From Candidatus Cloacimonadales bacterium (GTDB lineage: Bacteria > Cloacimonadota > Cloacimonadia > Cloacimonadales > JAFGVF01): a DNA stretch of 64,000 nucleotides. Each line of letters begins with the position of its first letter. Positions within the stretch are counted from its first letter, which is position 1. The translations under genes and the position numbers were made by a program. The notes under the pieces are model-generated. The model searched no databases. It saw only the letters and a list, made by a program, of their open reading frames with translations, and was not told the DNA's origin. This document shows positions 30,384-41,024 of this stretch, one piece after another. Location: contig OY782781.1 of the NCBI GenBank assembly GCA_963678315.1, positions 800,001-864,000 of the forward strand, given 5' to 3'.

Positions 30384-31965
30384 ACACAATTTTATAAAGG
30401 TATATTTCACAGTAGGGTTTATAGTAATAATTAGTGTTTTTATAGGTTATAGTCAGATATTAATAAAGAATTTAAGAGAGGATTCTCGGAAAACCCCAGG
30501 ATTATTTGCTAATTATATATATAATACAAAATACTATTTAGATGAAGCACAAGACAATTATAATTCAATAGTTAATAGTATTGACGAAATAAATAACAAT
30601 TACGAGCTTTCAAATCAGAAGACAGAAGTCCTAGTAGGTATTTATGAAAAATACATTAGGAGTCTAGGGAATGAAGAAGGGACAGAGAAATTCAATGATT
30701 ATTTTACTTCTGAATTTAGCAATGACTTAGGATTCCCAATAATACTAACTGATGAGAATTATCTTCCTACAAGTTGGAAAAATACTTCAATTCCAGAAAA
30801 GAAATATGAAGATCTTAATAACTCAGAGAAGCGTGGCTTAGAAACTCTTCTAGAAAGTATGAAGAGTGTAGATGTTAAAGTACAAGGCAAAGTACTAAGT
30901 CATGTTCATTTTCTACCTATAACAAATAAATTGAAAGAGCCTCCTAAACCTCCAAGTAATTTTGAAGATTTCATTACCAGAATGGAGCAACCAATAGTTA
31001 TAACCAACATAGAAAACCTTCCTGTCTTATGGAATAATATTGCGGATGTCCCACAAGGTGTGAAATATGATCAGTTGAGCTTTGAAGAAAAAGAAAAATT
31101 AACAGCTTCCATAAACAATATGAATGCAATTCCGGTTAATGTTGAGAATAGCAATATCAGTAAAATATATATAAACCAGTTAAAATCAATATCCAATATC
31201 CATGTTTTTATCTTGTTGCAACTAGGGTTGGTAATGGTCTTTGTCTTGATTGGAGTATTAGGAGTAAGACTGATAAAAAGGACTGAAAATGACTTGATAT
31301 GGGTTGGATTAGCTAAAGAGACAGCTCACCAGCTAGGTACACCTATAACTTCTTTATTAGGCTGGATAGAGTATCTCAAAATAAAAGAAGAGTTTCAGGA
31401 TGAAGAGAATTCTGAGATGTTAACCTTTATGGAGAGCGATGTAAGTCATTTGAAGATGATTGCTTCTAGATTTGGTAAAATAGGTTCTAAGTTGGAAATG
31501 AAAGCAATTGAGATTGAACCAGTTATTGATGAGACTGTGAAGTATATAAGACAGAGATTACCGCATTTAGGTTCAAAGATTGAGTTAAATCTTCGTAGTA
31601 ATATCCCAAATGTAAAGGTGAAAACCGAGAAAGAACTCTTTGTTTGGGTTTTAGAGAATCTGCTAAAAAACTGTGTTGATGCCATTGGGGAATCTGGTGG
31701 GAAGATAGATGTTGAGGTTTATCGAAAGCACAATAATCTACAAATATTAGTTTCAGATACGGGTAAAGGTATAGAAAAACATATGTTTAAGAAGATATTC
31801 CAAGCAGGAGTAACAAGTAAAAAACGTGGTTGGGGTTTGGGCTTAAGTCTAGTTAATAGGATTGTTACAGAATACCATAAGGGTAGAATAAGAGTTCTAA
31901 AGAGTAGTTTAAATAAAGGTACCACATTTGAAGTTATTCTACCAATCTATGTTGAGGAGCTTTGA
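30325..31965 (+). CDS. Membrane sensor histidine kinase (start uncertain)
   Basis: Two TM segments; H-box ETAHQLGTP, N-box ENLLKNCVDA, DTGKGI, GWGLGL. Confidence 0.92.
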   Translation: MSKHWMNWIKSGIISKKLNRHNFIKVYFTVGFIVIISVFIGYSQILIKNLREDSRKTPGLFANYIYNTKYYLDEAQDNYNSIVNSIDEINNNYELSNQKTEVLVGIYEKYIRSLGNEEGTEKFNDYFTSEFSNDLGFPIILTDENYLPTSWKNTSIPEKKYEDLNNSEKRGLETLLESMKSVDVKVQGKVLSHVHFLPITNKLKEPPKPPSNFEDFITRMEQPIVITNIENLPVLWNNIADVPQGVKYDQLSFEEKEKLTASINNMNAIPVNVENSNISKIYINQLKSISNIHVFILLQLGLVMVFVLIGVLGVRLIKRTENDLIWVGLAKETAHQLGTPITSLLGWIEYLKIKEEFQDEENSEMLTFMESDVSHLKMIASRFGKIGSKLEMKAIEIEPVIDETVKYIRQRLPHLGSKIELNLRSNIPNVKVKTEKELFVWVLENLLKNCVDAIGESGGKIDVEVYRKHNNLQILVSDTGKGIEKHMFKKIFQAGVTSKKRGWGLGLSLVNRIVTEYHKGRIRVLKSSLNKGTTFEVILPIYVEEL

Positions 31966-33443
31966 TTATGAATTATGTTATAACACGGCAACAGATGTAT
32001 GATTTAGATAGTAAAACCATGAATGAATACGGTATTTCTTCTGAAAAACTAATGGAAACAGCAGGTTATACTTCCTATTTAAAGATGGTTAAATATCTTG
32101 ATGCTAGTAAAGGAAGAGTATTAGTCCTGTGTGGGCATGGTAATAATGGGGGAGATGGTTTTGTAATAGCAAGATGGCTAGATAAAGTGGCTTTTGATGT
32201 GAAGATATTATTCAAAGGTTCTAAAGCAAATATGTCTCCTGAAACTTTAGATAATTATAAGTTATGTATAAAAGCAGGGATTGAAATAATAGAATTAAAT
32301 CAAGAGTCTTTGCATAAAGAACTTGAAGGAAGAACTCAGGCTATTGTAGATGCTCTTCTAGGAATTGGTTTTTCAGGTGAGTTAAAGGGAGATTTAGCAG
32401 GTTGTATTAGCCAAATTAATGAACAAGATGCTATCAGAATTGCTATTGATATTCCTACTGGTCTAGATGCAGATAATGGCATAAGTAAGCTTGCTTTTAA
32501 GGCTGATTATACTTACACAATGGCTTCAATAAAAAGAGGTATGATAATCAATGATGGCCTTCTTTACTGTGGTAAAATCGAAGTGATAGATATTGGTATA
32601 CCTAATAAGTTTTATTATAATAGTAATGAGCAATATGCAGAGCTTAAAGAAGAACTAGACTTGCCTAAAAGAAGAATTAATTCTCATAAGGGTGACTATG
32701 GTAGAGCTCTAATTATTGCAGGTTCTAAAGCTTTTACAGGTGCTGCTATTCTTGCTAGTAGGTCATGTGTTAGAATTGGAGCAGGATTAATTAAACTTCT
32801 TCATCAACCTGGTTTAGAGAGTATTTTTGAGACTTCATTACTAGAAGTTATGACATCAAGTTACGATACTAGCAGATTTGGAGAAATGCTGGAAAGTTCA
32901 GATGTAGTATTGATTGGTCCTGGATTAGGGATAAACCCAAGTAGTCAAAGCCTGTTAGAAAGAGTAATTCAGGAATACTCCGGGAGGCTAATAATTGATG
33001 CAGATGGACTTACTCTATTAAGTAGAAATATGGCTATTCTCAATAAAGCAAAATGTCAGATTCTTTTAACTCCACACTTAGGAGAATTTGCTAGATTAAA
33101 CTCAAGTTCAATTTCTGAAGTAAAAAAAGATGTTCTCGGCTATGGCCAAGAGCTAGTTAGCAAATATAAAATTTCTATTTTAATAAAAAGTTCCACTACA
33201 GTGTGCCTAAATCAAGAAAAGTGTGCCTATATAGTTAGTGGGAACGATGGTTTATCTACAGGTGGTTCTGGAGATGTTCTCGCTGGAATTATTACAGGTC
33301 TGTGTTCTCAAGGAATGGAACTTTGGGATTCTGCTGTGAATGCTTCTTTCTATTTAGGAAAACTAGCTGAGAAGATTGCTGGAGAGAGAGCTACATATTC
33401 AATTATTCCAAGTGACTTGATTGATCATATTGGACATATCTAG
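31962..33443 (+). CDS. nnr: Bifunctional NAD(P)H-hydrate epimerase/dehydratase
   Basis: LMETAG, GHGNNGGDG, HKGDYG, LTPHLGEF and GGSGDVLAG motifs. Confidence 0.95.
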   Translation: MIMNYVITRQQMYDLDSKTMNEYGISSEKLMETAGYTSYLKMVKYLDASKGRVLVLCGHGNNGGDGFVIARWLDKVAFDVKILFKGSKANMSPETLDNYKLCIKAGIEIIELNQESLHKELEGRTQAIVDALLGIGFSGELKGDLAGCISQINEQDAIRIAIDIPTGLDADNGISKLAFKADYTYTMASIKRGMIINDGLLYCGKIEVIDIGIPNKFYYNSNEQYAELKEELDLPKRRINSHKGDYGRALIIAGSKAFTGAAILASRSCVRIGAGLIKLLHQPGLESIFETSLLEVMTSSYDTSRFGEMLESSDVVLIGPGLGINPSSQSLLERVIQEYSGRLIIDADGLTLLSRNMAILNKAKCQILLTPHLGEFARLNSSSISEVKKDVLGYGQELVSKYKISILIKSSTTVCLNQEKCAYIVSGNDGLSTGGSGDVLAGIITGLCSQGMELWDSAVNASFYLGKLAEKIAGERATYSIIPSDLIDHIGHI

Positions 33444-33520
33444 GAGTGTAAGCATCAGCTTACGAAAGATGATGTTAGGATTGTAAGCTTCAGTCTTGGC
33501 CTGTCCCGGTCTTAGCTTAC
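33443..33520 (+). repeat. Two REP-like hairpins of the GTAAGC family
   Basis: GGAGTGTAAGCATCAGCTTAC and GGATTGTAAGCTT[20-nt insert]CTTAGCTTAC; same family as the 46.5-49.2 kb array. Confidence 0.75.
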
Positions 33521-33566
33521 GAAAAAGCACTCAAAGATGAATGATTACTATTAGATAGGAGGTTAG

Positions 33567-35186
33567 ATGGTTAGTAGACTGTGGGGAAAGCTTTTAATTA
33601 TGACAATTTTCGGTATGTGCTTCGTCAATTTTGTTGGGGCAGATGTAATAATAAATGAAGTAATGTATGATGCTGTAGCTTCTGATGAAGGGCAGGAATG
33701 GATTGAATTGTACAATAATAGCAATCAAGATGTCTGTTTAGAGAATTGGAGAATAGAGTCTGGAGGTACTTCTTATGCTACAACTTTTGTCTTTCCCAGA
33801 ATAACGATTAGATCTAAAGCCTTCTTTTTAATAAGCGAAGACTTTAATTCTGGAGCAAATTTGATAACTTCTCTTGACTTCCAAAATGCTGGAGGAGCAA
33901 CAGATGCAATAAGAATAGTTTCTTCGAGTGGTCAATATAAGGATACAGTTCTATATGGAAGTCCTAATTCTAACGATCTACAAGGAGATATTGAAGGACA
34001 AGAATCATTAGATGAGGTAACAGCTGGAAACTCATTAGCAAGGCTGTATGATGGCCTAGATAGTAATCAAACAAGTGATTGGACGGAGTGTTTATATCCC
34101 ACTCCTGGTTATAGTAATATTGTTATTCCTCAAGTTACTATTGAGGATGTTAAAATTGAGTATGATAGCGGATCAACAAAGATATCCACACTTATCCGCA
34201 ACTTATCCACATGCTGTGTGAATAACTCTAGTATAATTCTTAAAATTACTGTTAATGGAGAGTTAGAAGATGAAAATAGTGTATGTGAAATTTTGCCTGA
34301 TAGCCTTGTAATTGTATGTACAGTAATAAATAAAGAATTGATAAATGGCGATTGTTTAGAGGTTGAGATTTATTCACAAGATGAAATAGATATTGTGGAT
34401 AACTTGTGGACAGAGTGGATAAGTATTCAATCTTTGGAGTGCATACTTAGTGAGGTGATGTTTAAACCACTTGCCAATAATTCAGAATGGATAGAAATAT
34501 TTCTACAAAATAAAGTTGAAGATGTTCAAGTAGGGATTGAAGATGCTTCTGGAAACTCAATGGAGGTAAGTTTTAGTGGTGAAAGTGGAGAATATATTGT
34601 TTTTGCAGAAAATAAGACTGAACTTTGTGGTCAATTCCCATTAATTGATTCTAGCCTAGTAGTAGAGCCAAGTACTTGGGTGCAATTAAACAATTCAGGA
34701 GATCAAGTCATACTCAAGTTTGCAGGTACAGTTGTAGATTCTGTTGCTTTTAACAGCAGTTCAACAAAGCAAGGGTATTCTTGGGAAAAGAATTTCGAAT
34801 CAGGGCTATGGCAAGAACATCAGTCTTCTTTTGGAGGAAGTCCAACAGAAGCTTTTTCAACAGTGATTATAGATGATGACAGTGACTTTGGTGTTGCCAT
34901 TGTCAGTAATTTAATATCAACAAGAAAAAGCAGTATATTCCAAGTAAATTACAATTCTCCAACTTTCATTGAGAAAATAGAGCTATTAATATATGATTTG
35001 AGGGGCAAACAAAGAGCTAGGATAATAGAAGATGATATTGGCAATAATTCAGGAGAATTTAGTTGGGATGGAAAATTAAAAGGTAAAAGTTTAGCCAAAG
35101 GGATATACCCTTGCAAGCTAAAGATTTTAAATGCAAATAATAATTTTTTGATTGACAAGCAAGTACTAATAAGTATTAATGAATAA
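33567..35186 (+). CDS. Secreted lamin-tail-domain protein with FlgD/T9SS-like C-terminus
   Basis: VIINEVMYD...EWIELYN and a second LSEVMF..EWIEI; C-terminal IYDLRGK...WDGK...KGIY. Confidence 0.8.
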   Translation: MVSRLWGKLLIMTIFGMCFVNFVGADVIINEVMYDAVASDEGQEWIELYNNSNQDVCLENWRIESGGTSYATTFVFPRITIRSKAFFLISEDFNSGANLITSLDFQNAGGATDAIRIVSSSGQYKDTVLYGSPNSNDLQGDIEGQESLDEVTAGNSLARLYDGLDSNQTSDWTECLYPTPGYSNIVIPQVTIEDVKIEYDSGSTKISTLIRNLSTCCVNNSSIILKITVNGELEDENSVCEILPDSLVIVCTVINKELINGDCLEVEIYSQDEIDIVDNLWTEWISIQSLECILSEVMFKPLANNSEWIEIFLQNKVEDVQVGIEDASGNSMEVSFSGESGEYIVFAENKTELCGQFPLIDSSLVVEPSTWVQLNNSGDQVILKFAGTVVDSVAFNSSSTKQGYSWEKNFESGLWQEHQSSFGGSPTEAFSTVIIDDDSDFGVAIVSNLISTRKSSIFQVNYNSPTFIEKIELLIYDLRGKQRARIIEDDIGNNSGEFSWDGKLKGKSLAKGIYPCKLKILNANNNFLIDKQVLISINE

Positions 35187-35299
35187 AAAAATTGACAATT
35201 ATCGTCTTCTAGAATACTTGACATGATAAAGGAGTTAAGAATATGATTTTAATAGTGTTTAATTTTATAAGTGAACTAAAGGAAAATATTATTCATAGT

Positions 35300-35338
35300 T
35301 AGCATTTACTGATGAAAAAGTAAGTGCTATTTTTTTTT
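35300..35338 (+). terminator. Terminator-like hairpin ~20 nt upstream of nadC
   Basis: TAGCATTTACT-N8-AGTAAGTGCTA followed by T9. Confidence 0.65.
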
Positions 35339-35357
35339 GACTCTAATAGGTGGTAAA

Positions 35358-36185
35358 ATGATGGATTTAAAAGAAATTGTGAGACTGAGTTTGGCTGAAG
35401 ATATAGGTACTGGTGATATTTCTACCGAGTATTTAGATTTAGCTAGAAGGATAACAAGCGCAGTAATAGTTGCTAAAGAAGATGGTGTAATAGCTGGACT
35501 AGATGTCTTTGCTGAAGTATTTTATCAAGTCGATCCTTCGGTAAAAATCACATTCTATAAGAAAGATGGTGATTTTGTAGCTAACAAAGAAGAGATTGCA
35601 ATTATTGAAGGTGATCCATCATCAATTCTTAAAAGTGAAAGGGTGGCATTAAACTTCATTCAACGAATGAGTGGTATTGCAACCAAGACCAGGGAAATGG
35701 TCAATGCAATTAAAGGAACTGGGGCAAAATTACTTGATACAAGAAAAACAACTCCCTTGTTAAGACAGTTAGAAAAATATGCAGTAAAGACAGGCGGAGC
35801 TTATAACCATAGATTTGGCTTGTATGATATGATAATGATGAAAGAAAATCATATTAGATCTGCAGGGTCAATAACTAATGCTGTAGAAACAATCAAGAAA
35901 CACAACTGTTCTTATAAAATTGAAGTTGAAGTGACAAATTTAGATGAGCTCAAAGAAGCTGTCGCTGCAAAAGTAGATAGAGTAATGTTGGATAATATGT
36001 CTATAGAGGACATGACTACGGCTGTAAAAGATTATAAGGGTCAAGTAGAGTTAGAGGCTTCAGGGAATGTAACAATGAATTCAATAAGAGCAATAGCTGA
36101 AACTGGAGTAGATTTTATTTCTAGTGGAGCATTGACTCATTCATATAAATCGTTAGATATTAGCTTATTGTTTAGGGAGTATTAA
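35358..36185 (+). CDS. nadC: Quinolinate phosphoribosyltransferase
   Basis: EDIGTGD, DTRKTTP, HRFGLYD, MKENH, MLDNM and EASG motifs. Confidence 0.97.
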   Translation: MMDLKEIVRLSLAEDIGTGDISTEYLDLARRITSAVIVAKEDGVIAGLDVFAEVFYQVDPSVKITFYKKDGDFVANKEEIAIIEGDPSSILKSERVALNFIQRMSGIATKTREMVNAIKGTGAKLLDTRKTTPLLRQLEKYAVKTGGAYNHRFGLYDMIMMKENHIRSAGSITNAVETIKKHNCSYKIEVEVTNLDELKEAVAAKVDRVMLDNMSIEDMTTAVKDYKGQVELEASGNVTMNSIRAIAETGVDFISSGALTHSYKSLDISLLFREY

Positions 36186-36189
36186 GAAG

Positions 36190-36900
36190 ATGATTAATAA
36201 AGTTAAAAGTTTAATTGAAATGCAGAGTTTTGATGACAAGATTGCGGATAAAGAAAAGCTAAAAAAAGAATTACCAAAAAGATTACAAGGACTTCTAGAT
36301 TCTGTTAATGAGGCAAAATTAGCAGTAGAAGAAGTTGAAGAAGAGAAGAAACAAGTAGTACTTAATCAAAAGGATCGTGAGCTTGAAATAAAGCAAAATA
36401 AAGAGAAGATGCTTAAGTATGAAGAACAACTTACTTCAATTAAAACCAATAAAGAGTATAAAGCTTTAAACAGTGAAATTGCATCATTAAATACACAGAA
36501 TTCTGAGCATGAATCAGAAATTCTATCATTAATGGAACAAGAAAATCAGTGTAAAGCTATGATATTAGATAGAACAAAAGTTCTTGATGAGAAAAAAGCT
36601 GAACTAAAAGCTCAAGAGGATGATTTAAAAGAAGAAATAGCTGGTTTAGATGGCGAAATCGATGCTTTAAAACTACAAAGAAATGAAATTGCTAAAACTT
36701 TACCAAATAATGTAGTAAAACAATATAAGAGATTAATTATTAACAGAAACAGAAAAGCTGTTGCATTTGAATCTGAAGGTGCATGTTCAGCGTGTGGCTT
36801 CAAAGTTAGACCTCAAGTTATCGTGGAATTAGATAAGCTCAATAAACTAAATTTCTGTGATAACTGTGGAAGATTTCTTGTTAAAAAACCTCTTCACTAA
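36190..36900 (+). CDS. Coiled-coil protein with C4 zinc ribbon (CT398/DUF164-like)
   Basis: Long coiled coil, KEYKAL, CSACG...CDNCGRFL. Confidence 0.85.
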   Translation: MINKVKSLIEMQSFDDKIADKEKLKKELPKRLQGLLDSVNEAKLAVEEVEEEKKQVVLNQKDRELEIKQNKEKMLKYEEQLTSIKTNKEYKALNSEIASLNTQNSEHESEILSLMEQENQCKAMILDRTKVLDEKKAELKAQEDDLKEEIAGLDGEIDALKLQRNEIAKTLPNNVVKQYKRLIINRNRKAVAFESEGACSACGFKVRPQVIVELDKLNKLNFCDNCGRFLVKKPLH

Positions 36901-36945
36901 GGTATTGAAATAAATTCTTGATACAAGCAATAAACTAATTTAATT

Positions 36946-37333
36946 GCTATAAGAAGATAAAATGTCTGCCTGTTAATTCAGGAGGAAAGTCCGGACACCA
37001 TAGGGTAGGATGCTTCTTAACGAGAAGTCTTGGTGACAAGAAGATAGCTCCACAGAAACAAACCGCTTGAATACCGAAAGGTTGAACAAGTAAGGGTGAA
37101 AAGGTAGTGTAAGAGACTACCAGCTACTTTGGTGACAAGGTAGGCTAGGAATGCCTCATCTGGTGCAATGCCAAATAGGAGAGCTAGGAGTGACCCGCTC
37201 CGTTAACTCTCGGGTAGGCAGCTTAAGTCGGCTTTTATAGGTATTATTACGTGGCAACACTCGACTTAGATGAATAGACATTATGCTACTTATTAGGTAG
37301 TAGACAGAATTCGGCTTAATATCTTCTTATAGC
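36946..37333 (+). ncRNA. rnpB: RNase P RNA
   Basis: GAGGAAAGTCCGG, ACAGAAACAAACCGC, AGGGTGAAAAGG and ACAGAATTCGGCTTA; P1 pairing GCTATAAGAAGATA/TATCTTCTTATAGC. Confidence 0.95.
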
Positions 37334-37425
37334 GAATTTGCGTATAATTAAAACTAAAGAACACTAACAATAAGCAAATTAATTTTTTAAAAGACAAGTA
37401 AACAGATCAATTAGTAGGTTAATTA

Positions 37426-38478
37426 ATGGATAATATATTTTCAGGTTTTCTAATTAAGAGAAAACCTATTTCGAAGATTGTCACAGTAGATGATATTAAT
37501 AACAGAAATCCGATAACAATTTCTAACAACATGATTAAGAAGTATAAGCTTGAACATGGATTGAGGATTACTGTTACGTTCAAAAATAACAAGGGCAAGA
37601 AAGTTGTGGAGTCTATAGTCTCAATTTGTGGACATGAGCCAGAGCATTATTTGGAAAGACGTCAGTTAAATGATTTAACTGTAATCAATCCAGAGACTAA
37701 GTTTGAATTCAACAAGAGTGAAAAGACATCACTGCGCATAATCGATAGATTTGCACCAATAGGAAAAGGTTCAAGAAGTTTAGTTGTGGCTCCACCCAGA
37801 GCAGGTAAAACAACTTTATTAAAAGACTTAACTAAAGAGATTACTTCTACACATCCTGAAATTCTAACCATAGCTTTGTTAGTTGATGAAAGACCTGAAG
37901 AAATTACTGATTTCAGACGTGATACTGATGCTGTAGTCTTAGCAAGTAGCAATGATCAGAATATTGGAGCACATGTTTTTATAACATCCTTGGCCATGAG
38001 TATTGCTAAGAATGAGCTTGAGTGTGGGAATGATGTTGTATTCTTGGTGGATAGCCTTACTCGGATTGGACGTGTCTATAACCTTAACCATAAAGGGAAA
38101 GGAAAGGTTATGAGTGGAGGAATCTCAGCAGGATCTTTAGAGATTCCGAGAAGATTCTTTGGCTTGGCAAGAAATGTTGAGAATGGTGGTTCTTTAACCA
38201 TTATAGCAACTATCCTTGTTGATACAGGTTCAAGAATGGACCAATTAATCTTCGAAGAATTCAAAGGAACAGGCAACTGCGACATTATTCTTGATAGAGA
38301 GATTGCTGAAAATAGGGTTTATCCTGCTATCGATATTCTTAAAAGTGGAACAAGAAAAGATGAACTTTTCTATGATTTCGCTGAATTTGAGGAGATAAAC
38401 GACCAACGTAGACAACTCTTGCGTTTAGATAAAATTACTGCAATAAAGAAAGCTATAGAAATGTATGGAGATGAATAG
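37426..38478 (+). CDS. rho: Transcription termination factor Rho, short form
   Basis: [46 protein letters not shown] and EEFKGTGN motifs. Confidence 0.9.
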   Translation: MDNIFSGFLIKRKPISKIVTVDDINNRNPITISNNMIKKYKLEHGLRITVTFKNNKGKKVVESIVSICGHEPEHYLERRQLNDLTVINPETKFEFNKSEKTSLRIIDRFAPIGKGSRSLVVAPPRAGKTTLLKDLTKEITSTHPEILTIALLVDERPEEITDFRRDTDAVVLASSNDQNIGAHVFITSLAMSIAKNELECGNDVVFLVDSLTRIGRVYNLNHKGKGKVMSGGISAGSLEIPRRFFGLARNVENGGSLTIIATILVDTGSRMDQLIFEEFKGTGNCDIILDREIAENRVYPAIDILKSGTRKDELFYDFAEFEEINDQRRQLLRLDKITAIKKAIEMYGDE

Positions 38479-38480
38479 AT

Positions 38481-38957
38481 ATGAGTAATAATTATACTAA
38501 AGACTTCATTGTAACTTGGGATGAGTTTCATCGTGATGCCAAGGCATTAGCCTGGAAACTTCTTAACATTAAAGAGTTTAAAGGGGTAGTATGTATTACC
38601 AGAGGTGGGATGACTGCTTCCCAAATTATTGCTAGAGAACTTGAAATTAGGATGATAGAGACCTTTTGTATATCTACTTATGATGATCAAACTATTGGAG
38701 AACCTCAAATACTTAGAAAGCCGGAAGGTGATGGCCAAGGTTTGTTGGTGATTGATGATTTAGTGGATACAGGTACTACCATAAAACTAGTGAAAGAATA
38801 TTTGCCTAAAGCTTATATTGCAACTGTTTATGCTAAGCCAGAAGGCAAAAGATTAGTTGATACATTTATTACTGAGGTAAGCCAAGATACATGGATTAGA
38901 CTTCCTTGGGATACTGAATTAAACTATTCAACACCACTGATTCATAGAAAGAAATAA
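38481..38957 (+). CDS. gpt: Xanthine-guanine phosphoribosyltransferase
   Basis: VTWDEFH, LVIDDLVDTGTT and QDTWIRLPWD motifs. Confidence 0.93.
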   Translation: MSNNYTKDFIVTWDEFHRDAKALAWKLLNIKEFKGVVCITRGGMTASQIIARELEIRMIETFCISTYDDQTIGEPQILRKPEGDGQGLLVIDDLVDTGTTIKLVKEYLPKAYIATVYAKPEGKRLVDTFITEVSQDTWIRLPWDTELNYSTPLIHRKK

Positions 38958-38962
38958 GGTTT

Positions 38963-39892
38963 ATGGACAAGCATCTTCTTAATGCTTATAAAAGAATTCT
39001 TGACTTAGCTGAAAACCAGAAGCTAACAATCGAATCAGAGAAGCAAATTCCTTATGGTGTAAAGCTTGATTTTACTGATGGTATTAGCTCTTCTTCTTTG
39101 AATATTTACTACAGCGAGAAGAAAAAGCGTACCTCAATCACTGTATCTAAGAAGAAGAGTTCAGTAACTGCTAAGTTAGAACGACTTGCTCTTTTGTTCA
39201 CTGAGCCAGATCTTCTTGTAACTGAACCTGATTTGCATAACTGGTCTAGTTGGATAGGTAGTGATGAGTCTGGTAAAGGAGACTTCTTTGGTCCACTGGT
39301 AGCAACTGCTTTTTACTGTAATACAAGCGATGTTGCTAAATTAAGAGAGCTTGGGGTTAAGGATAGCAAAGAGCTTAAAGATTCTCAGATTGCTATGATT
39401 GCTAAAGATGTAAGGCGATTGTATCCTAATAATTTTAAGCAGATAGTCTTGGTTCCTAAGAAGTACAATGAACTCTATACAAACTTCAAGAACTCAAATA
39501 AGAACTTAAATCATCTTTTAGCATGGATGCATTCAAAAGTAATCGCAGACTTAGCTCGAGTTTTTAATCCTCAAGGTATAATTGTAGATAAGTTTGCTAA
39601 TCCAAGCTTGGTTAACTACTATTTGGGTAATGAGAAAGTAAGCTATTTTGATGTTCTCCACATTACCAAAGGAGAAAGGGATGTTGCCGTTGCTACAGCC
39701 TCAATACTTGCTCGTGATAAGTTCAATCGAGGGATGGAGTATTATTCTGAACAGTTTGGGATGAAGATTCCTAAAGGTGGAGGGAAGAACACACTTATAG
39801 CAGGTAAAGAATTTATCGAGAAGTTTGGTGTAGGGAAGTTAGAGGATGTTTGTAAGATGCACTTTGTGAATTATAAGAAGATTACAACATAG
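38963..39892 (+). CDS. rnhC: Ribonuclease HIII
   Basis: IGSDESGKGDFFGPL, GVKDSK and VATASILAR, plus an N-terminal extension. Confidence 0.92.
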   Translation: MDKHLLNAYKRILDLAENQKLTIESEKQIPYGVKLDFTDGISSSSLNIYYSEKKKRTSITVSKKKSSVTAKLERLALLFTEPDLLVTEPDLHNWSSWIGSDESGKGDFFGPLVATAFYCNTSDVAKLRELGVKDSKELKDSQIAMIAKDVRRLYPNNFKQIVLVPKKYNELYTNFKNSNKNLNHLLAWMHSKVIADLARVFNPQGIIVDKFANPSLVNYYLGNEKVSYFDVLHITKGERDVAVATASILARDKFNRGMEYYSEQFGMKIPKGGGKNTLIAGKEFIEKFGVGKLEDVCKMHFVNYKKITT

Positions 39893-39934
39893 CAATATTG
39901 TTAATATATAAAGAGAGACTTTTATTGAGTCTCT

Positions 39935-40161
39935 CAGACTTTTGAGAAAAGAATTAATCAAAAGAGTAGATTGGTTAACATTAATTCAGTGTAATTTGAG
40001 ATTCGACATATCTTAGCTAAATCTTTAGCACTCGAAGTATAATAATCAGTCTTTGCCTGACACAGTACTATCCTTCGACTAAAGCTTTAACTAATCTATT
40101 GTCGATTTATTTTTGTAAAAATAAAGCAAAAACAAAGAGCCCTGACTTTGCCAAGGCTCTC
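39935..40161. mobile_element. Probable MITE with IS1182-like ends, inserted in a terminator hairpin
   Basis: Flanked by a 21-bp direct repeat AGAGACTTTTATTGAGTCTCT (39914-39934 and 40162-40182); ends CAGACTTTTGAGAAAAG and GACTTTGCCAAGGCTCTC resemble the IS1182 inverted repeat; no ORF. Confidence 0.7.
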
Positions 40162-40208
40162 AGAGACTTTTATTGAGTCTCTCTTTTTGCATATATCGAA
40201 TAAAAAAA

Positions 40209-40895
40209 TTATTGATTAATAATTAGTTCTGCTTCTTCTTTATCGCTTGAGTAGGTAAAGGCATCAAGTATTTGATAGTTATTTTTAGTATCAACACAGC
40301 CAGGATAAGAAATTCTAAGCACATTAAGTTGGTCATCTGAGAAATTCCATAAGCCAATTAATCTAACGATTTGACTAACATTGAAGTTGTGATTTGCTTT
40401 AGCAGTTCTAATCACTCTTAATTTATCATCATCAAAGCTTTCAGATTCTATTCTAGACACTAAATTATTAAAATCACTAGAAGACATAGCAGCTGCTATT
40501 TCTTCAACTTCCACTTCTTCTTCAACAACTTGTGGTGTAGTTGTAGTTGACCCTTCATTGATGTTAATATTTATGTTAGATGTTGATGTTGTACTTGAAG
40601 TTTCTACATTCCCATCTGTAGAAATCTCAGCTAATAATTCATAAATATTATCCACTAACTTGTCTGCTCTTTTTCCATCAAGTTTACTTAACTTTCCTTT
40701 ATAGAGCTTTTGTAGTTTTTCTAAGTTTGTCACTATCTCATTGATTACATCATCAGAAGCTTTTAAGTCTTGGTCAGTATCTTCAATACCTGTAACAGTC
40801 ATGGAAACTCCATTCTCTGAGGCATCAAAAGAAAAGCCTTGAGCAGAGACAAGTGTAATCCCAATTACCATCAACAAAACTAAAAATCTTTTCAT
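40209..40895 (-). CDS. Exported DUF4476-domain protein
   Basis: Signal peptide MKRFLVLL; C-terminal AMSSSDF...ESFDDDKL...FSDDQL...FTYSSDK pattern. Confidence 0.75.
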   Translation of the reverse strand: MKRFLVLLMVIGITLVSAQGFSFDASENGVSMTVTGIEDTDQDLKASDDVINEIVTNLEKLQKLYKGKLSKLDGKRADKLVDNIYELLAEISTDGNVETSSTTSTSNINININEGSTTTTPQVVEEEVEVEEIAAAMSSSDFNNLVSRIESESFDDDKLRVIRTAKANHNFNVSQIVRLIGLWNFSDDQLNVLRISYPGCVDTKNNYQILDAFTYSSDKEEAELIINQ

Positions 40896-40974
40896 ATATA
40901 TCTCCCATTTGTTTAATAAAGTCAAATATATTAAAGATTGCTAAAAGTAGTCAATAGAATTGTTAGATTGAAAA

Positions 40975-41000
40975 AAGAGTGCTGAATTTCAGCACTCTTA
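40975..41000 (-). terminator. Intrinsic terminator after rnfB
   Basis: AAGAGTGCTGAA/TTCAGCACTCTT, with a T-tract on the minus strand. Confidence 0.75.
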
Positions 41001-41024
41001 TTTATATACATTAAATATTATATT

